From Candidatus Bathyarchaeia archaeon (lineage in GTDB: Archaea; Thermoproteota; Bathyarchaeia; 40CM-2-53-6): a stretch of DNA of 64,000 nucleotides. The notes beneath the pieces are model-generated. The model saw nothing but the letters and a program-made list of their open reading frames with translations, had not been told where the DNA came from and did not search any database. The stretch lies in contig JBEKVV010000005.1 in the NCBI GenBank assembly GCA_049513715.1, forward strand, positions 32,001-96,000, written 5' to 3'. Positions within the stretch are counted from its first letter, which is position 1. Each line of letters starts with the position of its first letter. This document shows, in pieces, positions 57,819 through 64,000 of this stretch. Position numbers and translations under genes: made by a program.

Positions 57819-58673
57819 TCAGCTTAAGACAGCCGCAACATTCTTGAAATGTGTTTTTGCGACGTTAGCAAGTATTTCTTTGGAAACAGTTTCGGGCTTA
57901 GCTCCTCTCAATTGCACACCGTATTTTCGCTCTAGGTCAGCAACTCGATGTTCGAATTCTTCCTTAGCAAGTATGCTCGCTACTGAGACTGGAATTTCTG
58001 TATCACCAGACGGAGTTTGGAAAACCTCTAAGTTGGAACTCTTATCGGATACATGAGCCGTGGTAAGGAGTCTCAGTTCGGTCTTCTCAACATCAAACTT
58101 GTCTATGAGTATCTTTATTCGACGTTCACCCAACTCAGCAAGGACTCCACGAATCGCAGAAGCGTGGGCCCATGCCAAGAGGTCGTTAAGCGATTTTCCT
58201 TCCATTTTGAACTCTTTGCATAATTGATTATATTTCTCCGGCATGAGGGTTAGCACATTCTTCGTAAATGATTCACGGGCTATTTCCTGTGCTAGCTTCA
58301 TCAAGCGACTTCGTTCAATCTCCTTGCTGTCTCGAACTCCGAGTTCTCTCATGCGGGTGATTTGATTTGGCGTCATTGCGATGCAGGCAACAACTAAGGG
58401 TCCATACCATTCTCCCTTGCCAACCTCATCTGAACCAACCAGATAGTCGTAGGAAGCTTCCGCAGTCAGGATTTCTTTGAGAAGCTTGCGAGTATCACGA
58501 GCATTATTGTGAACAATTTTCCCGGATTTATACACAATAAGTTGGATGTCGCCATCAGAGACCCTCAGAGCTTCATGTTGACTCTTTGGCTCGACTTTCT
58601 TCAAATTGGAACGTAGGATTTGTTTCTTGAGTTTGTCGAGTTCTACATTTGAGAGCGCAATGGAAACCGGCAC
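57819..58673 (-). CDS. rnhC: ribonuclease HIII
   Basis: N-terminal TBP-like domain (IVYKSGKIV); GSDEVGKGE..GPLVV, GVRDSK, LNDLLAWAH, IDKF, VASILAK. Confidence 0.88.
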   Translation of the reverse strand: MPVSIALSNVELDKLKKQILRSNLKKVEPKSQHEALRVSDGDIQLIVYKSGKIVHNNARDTRKLLKEILTAEASYDYLVGSDEVGKGEWYGPLVVACIAMTPNQITRMRELGVRDSKEIERSRLMKLAQEIARESFTKNVLTLMPEKYNQLCKEFKMEGKSLNDLLAWAHASAIRGVLAELGERRIKILIDKFDVEKTELRLLTTAHVSDKSSNLEVFQTPSGDTEIPVSVASILAKEEFEHRVADLERKYGVQLRGAKPETVSKEILANVAKTHFKNVAAVLS

Positions 58674-58726
58674 ATCAAGTCCCTTGATATAGCATGTCCA
58701 TAGAACGAACTCATTATTTTTCCATT

Positions 58727-58816
58727 GGATACCTTAAGAATCTCCTGAAAATTGCGTAGCTGAGTGAAGGGTTACACTCGGATAATCGCTTGGTTGAGGG
58801 AGATTGGAGCGAACAC
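58727..58816 (-). repeat. dispersed 90-bp repeat family A, copy 2
   Basis: Ungapped match to 57699-57788. Confidence 0.9.
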
Positions 58817-58836
58817 TCTAGTGCATTTGCTCAAGG

Positions 58837-59241
58837 CTAGCGTGTTAGGAGGCTTCTGAAGTAGGGGTGCATGTGTTTGTTCTTGTGTGTGCTGAAGTTA
58901 GCGAGGTTGAGGTGGGCTTGGGGGAATTGTTCGGTTAGGTCGGAGTAGGTCCACCCTGAAATTAGCATGGTATCGATTTTCTCGCATGTTTCCGGTTCGA
59001 GTTTGCCTATCTTGCATTTTCGTGGGCATCGACTGTAGGCTCTTCCTGATTTTATGTTTTCATTTTCGGGCTTGGTCCACGTGTACTTTCCACACTCAAG
59101 ACAGATAAGAAGCCGGTTGTGTTGAAACGAAGAAAGATAGTTCTCTATGTGATTGCAGTGTGCGCATGCAATAGTTACCATTGTGGATTCGCCCTTCGAC
59201 GGTGATTTCGGGAATTGTTGTTGAATCTTGATTTCGTTCAG
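58837..59241 (-). CDS. Cys/His-rich zinc-binding/HTH-like protein (ATG 59181 or in-frame CTG 59241)
   Basis: CAHC, CLEC, CPRKC, C-terminal HKNKH. Confidence 0.6.
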   Translation of the reverse strand: MNEIKIQQQFPKSPSKGESTMVTIACAHCNHIENYLSSFQHNRLLICLECGKYTWTKPENENIKSGRAYSRCPRKCKIGKLEPETCEKIDTMLISGWTYSDLTEQFPQAHLNLANFSTHKNKHMHPYFRSLLTR

Positions 59242-59336
59242 TTTTCTCTCTCCTGCATTAGTATATCACATCCACAATAGAATATGATGAAAAGTACGCT
59301 CTTATCGATTTCAGAGGGTTTGTGAGAACTGGAAAA
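59236..59336 (-). repeat. dispersed ~100-bp repeat family B, copy 1 (promoter/RBS-like module)
   Basis: GTTCAGTTTTCTCTCTCC..GCATT.GTATATCACATCC.CAATAG shared with 62734; TCTTATCGATTTCAGA.GGTTTG.GAGAACTG shared with 63090-63121. Confidence 0.85.
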
Positions 59337-59473
59337 CCATCAGCGGATTCGAGGTTACTTCCGGAAAAGAAGATAGTGCGGTTGAACCCTTCCTTCGTAC
59401 TGGAAACGGGTTTTCAGAAAGTAAGATAAGTGAATCTTGGTGACAATGTTATGGAGTTAGGCGGTACAGAATA

Positions 59474-59716
59474 ATGCCGAAAATAACGCCGGAAAAGGAT
59501 AACGAAGCTCTGTACAAAAGGCTTGTAATCATCTCCAAACTTCTGGCTATGAGTTTGGTAAAAGATATCAAATCTCAACAAGAAAGAGTGAAGCTTCTCG
59601 ATGAGGCAGGACTGAGCCCGTATGAGATAGGAGATCTGCTCGAGATTAAACCCGTGACGGTTAGTGTGACTCTGTTCAACATTAGAAAGAAAGCGAAGAT
59701 GAAAAAAGGTAAATAA
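59474..59716 (+). CDS. small HTH protein
   Basis: AGLSPYEIGDLLEIKPVTVSVTL HTH pattern. Confidence 0.7.
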   Translation: MPKITPEKDNEALYKRLVIISKLLAMSLVKDIKSQQERVKLLDEAGLSPYEIGDLLEIKPVTVSVTLFNIRKKAKMKKGK

Positions 59717-59740
59717 GCTGCCCTTTGAGGCTTTTCTTGA

Positions 59741-60259
59741 TTGCCTCGGCCACAACCGACTCCTGTTGACAATCCGATAGTTGTTTTTGTAAGTTCGAGT
59801 CAAAGAGAATTCCAGCAACTTCGAGATTATCTTAAGCTAATTCTTGAAGAAGACGACTTTCTGCGTAGGGGAATGGTCAAGGTCGAACTTGCTGAAAGGC
59901 GGAGTGGTGAGCGCATCCGAGGAGATATTTCTCAGGCCCTAAGCAACTCATCTATTTACGTTGGGATTTTTGGAAACAGATACTCTCCAATTACGATTGC
60001 GGAATATTTCGAAGCACGGCGCTGCGGATTGCCTCTAGTAATTTTCGATATGGTCAAGACAGGAAGTCGAGACAGGCGTGTTAGGGTATTTCTCTCCGAT
60101 CAAGTTAAGGAGAAGGATGATTGCCGCTTGACTGAAATACGTTTCAGACCATCTAAGAGCGAGTCGGTAGCGTGGTTGATTTGTCAGAGAGTGGCTAATA
60201 CGATTGCTAATCTTGTCCGGGAGGATGTTGAGGTGAGGAAGAAAGTCCACCCACAGTAG
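59741..60259 (+). CDS. stand-alone DUF4062 (TIR/NDT-like) domain protein
   Basis: VFVSS, SSIYVGIFGNRYS, TIAEYFEA, LPLVIF. Confidence 0.75.
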   Translation: MPRPQPTPVDNPIVVFVSSSQREFQQLRDYLKLILEEDDFLRRGMVKVELAERRSGERIRGDISQALSNSSIYVGIFGNRYSPITIAEYFEARRCGLPLVIFDMVKTGSRDRRVRVFLSDQVKEKDDCRLTEIRFRPSKSESVAWLICQRVANTIANLVREDVEVRKKVHPQ

Positions 60260-60349
60260 AATAAGGGATTTCGGGGATGTGATGAGAAATATGTCGGGAC
60301 TTAGAAAGTGAGATAAGAGACGACCTAGGTTCGGTACTCTGAGTGTGTC

Positions 60350-60574
60350 TTGCCAAAGACTGCTGAAAAGGAACGAGATGCGATAACAAAACGACTTGAT
60401 GCAATCATAAGGCTTCTGATGGAAGACCAGATTAGCCTTGGCAAAGCGACAAAAGGAAAGTTGTTGTTGCTATTGAAGTCCAGTGGGCTCTCCACGGGAG
60501 ATATCGCATTGATTGAAGGAAGAGCTTCTAAGGACGTAGCTAGTACGATGCGCAAGGCCAGGAGTGGAAGATAG
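60350..60574 (+). CDS. small HTH protein, paralogue of 59474-59716
   Basis: MPK start, KRLDAIIRLL, SGLSTGDIA. Confidence 0.65.
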   Translation: MPKTAEKERDAITKRLDAIIRLLMEDQISLGKATKGKLLLLLKSSGLSTGDIALIEGRASKDVASTMRKARSGR

Positions 60575-60578
60575 ACCG

Positions 60579-60746
60579 ATGAGTGAAAAAGAATTGAGAG
60601 AATTGATGGATATCAAGAAGCTCCTTATACTGAATCTTCTCCGGCTTGACGTACCTGCGGAATCGATAGCCGAACTACTAGGCATGGATAAGGGAAACTT
60701 CAGTCGGGAATTCCCTGTGAGAAAACTCCTGAAACCAAAGAAATGA
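60579..60746 (+). CDS. small HTH protein
   Basis: DIKKLLILNLL...ESIAELLGMDKGNFSR. Confidence 0.6.
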   Translation: MSEKELRELMDIKKLLILNLLRLDVPAESIAELLGMDKGNFSREFPVRKLLKPKK

Positions 60747-61143
60747 GCTTTCGACTGTAAGAAAAGGCTGGGAATCTAGCAACGGGACTCGATGCGGATA
60801 CTTGGGCACGAAGAAAGGTCGAGGAAAGTATCAAGGAATACGCATTAGGCGTATGGGAAAGGGCTAATCTGGAATGGGTAATTGGTGAAGTACATTTCGC
60901 TATCGATAAGATGCACGTTCCTGCGAATGAGATTCTAGTTATGCTTTCTAAGATTGAGAGTTCTGCAAGTGATGAGGGAAGGACACGGCTTAGCGAGCTG
61001 CGTTCCCGTTTGAAGCTCTAGGCCTCTAGGTGTTACTCAGGTAACTAGGTATTATCTGAAGAGGGTGGATTCTGATTATTTTGCTGAAGTATGAATAGCC
61101 GAGTCGATATCGCTATCGTCGATTTTGCAACTAACACGATGTT

Positions 61144-61554
61144 CTAGAAGAATATGGGAGGCATGCGAGGCTTACTGTTCCTCAGCCGTAGGACCATGGA
61201 TATCGACAGCAATTGAATCAATAACTGCGTAGCGTGGATTGCGTCAAGAGTTAGAGATATCGTGGCTAGCTCTTCCGCACGTGCGGCGTTCGCTGCATTA
61301 TAGTATAGCGGTGGGCTCAATGAGTCTGCTATGACGTAGTTGTCCGAGACTGATATATTTGTGGAGTTAAGGCCGTTTGGGAGGGTGATGACCGTCTCGG
61401 TCGACGGTGGAGTTGGACTTGGGACAATCAGCGGTGTTGGAGCGGTCGCAAGGAAGCGGTAACTCATATTTTGATAGTATAGTTCTCCCGCTTTTAGGCC
61501 AACAGTAGTAGTAGCGAGTAGAAGTAGGAACACAATTTCCCTTTTCCGCCTCAA
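61144..61554 (-). CDS. hypothetical membrane/secreted protein
   Basis: N-terminal hydrophobic helix, Pro/Thr linker, C-terminal hydrophobic stretch. Confidence 0.5.
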   Translation of the reverse strand: MRRKREIVFLLLLATTTVGLKAGELYYQNMSYRFLATAPTPLIVPSPTPPSTETVITLPNGLNSTNISVSDNYVIADSLSPPLYYNAANAARAEELATISLTLDAIHATQLLIQLLSISMVLRLRNSKPRMPPIFF

Positions 61555-61688
61555 GAGAGAACGCCTTTAGGAATCCGATGATGTCAGTCGTATTTATGGT
61601 GTACCCTTAATGGAACAATACTGTTCAGGATATCTTTTAGTTGTAAGGTGTCAGGATTTCGAGTGTTCTGGAATGGCACTCAGGAGTC

Positions 61689-62537
61689 TTGTTTTGGGAT
61701 TCGTCCGGAGCCTATGTTCGTCATCTGAGCTTAAGGAATGTTGAAATTCCTGCCAATGTCCGAAGCGGGTTACTTGACTCTAGCCCTCTCTGTGCAGGAG
61801 ATTCGAGCGAACACGTAAGTATTGAAACTTGGGGAGATGACTCTCTTAAGATCAATAGACCGATATTCCTCATCGCATACTGGAATACCTACACATTTAG
61901 AACCATGCACATAGAGACCGTGAAGACCTTGATGACAAAGCTTCAAGGGAGGAAGCATAATCGGCAGAAGCAATTAGCCCTTGAGATCCCAACATGGTAC
62001 GCATTGCTATGGCTTATCGCCCCTTATTTTGTGGAGAAGGATGGTCTAATTCGATTCGATACTTCCCGCCAGAGAACTATTGCGTGCTGGCAATGGGGAG
62101 TAACGTTAACATGGTTTAGAAAAAATAATGAAAAGGTAAACTACGGAACTCATACTCCGGATTTCGTCATCAAACAGGTTGACAAGCCTCTATTGGCTAT
62201 TGAATGTAAGAATGTCAACCATAGATTCAAAATTTACCCTGACTGGCTCACGAACGAAGTAGTATCCAGGTTCGAAAACTATCACCAGTGTAGGAAATTG
62301 GCAATCTTCAGCTTCTTTGTTCCAGCTTACAATTATGAAACCACAATTCACAGAGCATTGATGCAAAAACGGATTCAGATAATCGAACTTGATGAACAGC
62401 CATTAAGTCACAAGATAGCTGATATCGGCTTTGCAACGATCCCTCTTAGAACCTATCTCTCTCCACACGTGACGAAAGTAATGGAGAAGCTCAAGCCTAC
62501 TCCCATGGCGCCACTGGAATCGTTTTCCCTCAAGTAG
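61689..62537 (+). CDS. hypothetical protein with C-terminal PD-(D/E)XK nuclease motif (start uncertain)
   Basis: HTPDFVI...AIECKNVN. Confidence 0.6.
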   Translation: MFWDSSGAYVRHLSLRNVEIPANVRSGLLDSSPLCAGDSSEHVSIETWGDDSLKINRPIFLIAYWNTYTFRTMHIETVKTLMTKLQGRKHNRQKQLALEIPTWYALLWLIAPYFVEKDGLIRFDTSRQRTIACWQWGVTLTWFRKNNEKVNYGTHTPDFVIKQVDKPLLAIECKNVNHRFKIYPDWLTNEVVSRFENYHQCRKLAIFSFFVPAYNYETTIHRALMQKRIQIIELDEQPLSHKIADIGFATIPLRTYLSPHVTKVMEKLKPTPMAPLESFSLK

Positions 62538-62671
62538 GCCCCCTCAGCCTTGAATGTTGGTTGGGCACTCTCTAATTATTACTCTGGCTGGGTTTAGTGT
62601 TCGCTTCCCTATCTATTTTTTCCGATTCGCGTGATTAAAATGAGATCAATCAGAGGTGTCCGTAATTGTCA

Positions 62672-62720
62672 GCTATTTTAATAGTACTTTAGCGAGCTTT
62701 AGGCTATTTTAATAGTACTT
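62672..62720. repeat. 18-bp direct repeat GCTATTTTAATAGTACTT x2
   Basis: Exact copies at 62672-62689 and 62703-62720. Confidence 0.9.
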
Positions 62721-62733
62721 GGGAATCGATTTA

Positions 62734-62805
62734 GTTCAGTTTTCTCTCTCCTCTGCATTGGTATATCACATCCTCAATAGTATATGGAAAAACAGGTTTA
62801 GAGAA
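62734..62805 (-). repeat. repeat family B, copy 2 (internally deleted)
   Basis: Near-identical to 59236-59285, then jumps to GGTTTAGAGAA. Confidence 0.8.
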
Positions 62806-62814
62806 TTAGCCGTT

Positions 62815-63027
62815 CTAGGGGGTTCTGGCTTGAATGTTAGGAACATTGGAAATGGCCTTCTGCGTATGCTGTTCTACCATGGTAATCGCTAGCCAGTAGA
62901 GCTTGCCGTCTATTGAAAGGTTACGTCGCTTTGTATAGAAGCCAGTGCTACCCGTCTTAAATTGGGTTGGTCGTAGTGGTATTGGAATTCCTTCTATGGC
63001 GATTTCGGGGACTTTGATTATTTTCAT
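62815..63027 (-). CDS. small hypothetical protein
   Basis: GAGGAGG SD; PTQFKTGSTGFY...IDGKLY. Confidence 0.6.
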   Translation of the reverse strand: MKIIKVPEIAIEGIPIPLRPTQFKTGSTGFYTKRRNLSIDGKLYWLAITMVEQHTQKAISNVPNIQARTP

Positions 63028-63125
63028 TTTTCTTATCCCTCCTCTCATTTGTGTATCGTGTCCTCAATAACATATATTGAAAAGTGGTGTCTTATCGATT
63101 TCAGAAGGTTTGCGAGAACTGAAAA
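63028..63125 (-). repeat. repeat family B, copy 3
   Basis: TCCTCAATA, GAAAAGT, TCTTATCGATTTCAGAAGGTTTGCGAGAACTGAAAA. Confidence 0.8.
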
Positions 63126-63210
63126 TTTCGCAGTGGAACGCCACATAATGAAGCGGTGTACCTTGTTGCTACGTTCTTAGCCCGAACATCCACTTTTTGC
63201 TTTACTCTTT

Positions 63211-63299
63211 CGAATCTATAGAACAATGGGAATTCACTGCACTGTCGGTAGAGGCTTACACGGTGTTCAACTCGTGTCGGAGTAGTTTGGAGCGAACAG
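63211..63299 (-). repeat. repeat family A, diverged copy 3
   Basis: Minus strand TGTTCGCTCCAA, ACAC.AG, TGTAA.CCT, TGCA, AATTCC, AGAT collinear with copy 1. Confidence 0.6.
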
Positions 63300-63551
63300 T
63301 GCAGTAGTTAGCGTTGAGGAAGTCTTTCCCCATAACCTTTAGACAATCTTAAGAAAAGCAGGGAAGACGTGAAAGCGTCGGTATGGTATCGTTTTTCCCG
63401 AGTAACCAACCCATAGCTATAACAGCTATACTTGGCTAATTCACGCTTGCAACCAAGCTTTATCCTTTAGCATCTTTGACTTCTAAAGGATGAGTTAAAG
63501 AATGATTTTACCCGTGCAAGCGTGACTTAGGTTGAAAATTACCCGTGACGC

Positions 63552-63582
63552 CATCCTATAGCTATAATTGAGTTATAGGATG
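63552..63582. repeat. inverted repeat CATCCTATAGCT-N7-AGTTATAGGATG
   Basis: 11/12 complementary arms around a 7-bp spacer. Confidence 0.85.
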
Positions 63583-63724
63583 CAGCTATAGGTCAAGCTA
63601 CACGAAACGAATCCTCAGAGTCGGGTTCGACAGATACATGCTTGCGTAAGTTTTCCTCACCTCTCAGAGTCGAATGTGTTCTTCTGTCATAGCTTATTGT
63701 CGAACAGTAGTCTTGCAGAAGACT

Positions 63725-63916
63725 ATGCGATGTTTGAAGTGTGGTCGTGAAGCATTCCTGCTGAGTACCGCTCAGCAATGGCGAAGAGAGAATTGGATCG
63801 TCACAGAGAAGTACTATTGTTCGTCATGTGGAACAACGTACATCTCAGAGAACGATAAGATCTGGCAGATTGCCTTGCCAAGTTATTCGGTATTGGATAA
63901 GGAAACAGACTCGTAA
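63725..63916 (+). CDS. small zinc-finger protein
   Basis: MRCLKCG...YYCSSCG. Confidence 0.5.
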   Translation: MRCLKCGREAFLLSTAQQWRRENWIVTEKYYCSSCGTTYISENDKIWQIALPSYSVLDKETDS

Positions 63917-64000
63917 CAATACCATCTCTTCTCATTTTTGCGGAAACACCCAGGAATTGCATTGGCTTACCGCAAACTCTACACATGTGTGGGTAGGCTG

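Larger units (their letters stand above)
53612..64000. mobile_element. integrated mobile element / genomic island (right end probably beyond the window)
   Basis: Starts with a tyrosine recombinase; core genes stop; lower coding density, visibly more AT-rich, mixed orientation, dispersed repeats. Confidence 0.75.

Noticed and set aside
57699..63299. CRISPR array or canonical integron attC sites
   Set aside because: Repeats are 90-100 bp, gene-spaced and lack RYYYAAC/GTTRRRY cores; no cas genes or regular spacers anywhere in the window
63801..63986. Minus-strand CRVCGK ORF at the window edge
   Set aside because: Overlaps a plus-strand zinc-finger ORF and has a single CxxC; cannot be resolved without flanking sequence

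Overview
Archaeal chromosomal segment, most consistent with a TACK archaeon such as Bathyarchaeia (inferred from gene content, gene order and heavy TTG/GTG start usage). 1-53.6 kb is mostly core genome: a translation/transcription/replication superoperon (aIF5A-DHS, SRP54-eL21-Rpo4-DUF655-DinB-KsgA-TrmJ-uL16-Dph2-Csl4-Rpo11, TFS-PCNA-PriL-[subtilase, Rieske]-PriS-GINS-eL42-eS27-aIF2a-Nop10), a eukaryote-like STT3/AglB with a nearby OSTC/DC2-like gene, CarS, RadB, GcvT/H, Clp1, and an archaeal-type aromatic amino acid cluster (aspartate kinase-asd-aroA'-aroB'-aroD-aroE-aroK-aroA-aroC, converging on a chorismate mutase-aminotransferase fusion and a prephenate dehydrogenase). From ~53.6 kb to the window end lies an integrated element: tyrosine recombinase, zinc-ribbon membrane proteins, two PD-(D/E)XK-like proteins, RNase HIII, an HTH/DUF4062 cluster and two families of dispersed ~90-100 bp repeats. 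Top finding: an unannotated 28-codon leader ORF heading the aromatic operon, containing three tandem 15-nt units, each an SD-like hexamer followed two codons later by a Phe, Tyr or Trp codon, overlapping the aspartate kinase frame at +1. This is a candidate aromatic-amino-acid-sensing frameshift/attenuation switch in an archaeon. All family calls are by motif recognition only; no database searches were run.
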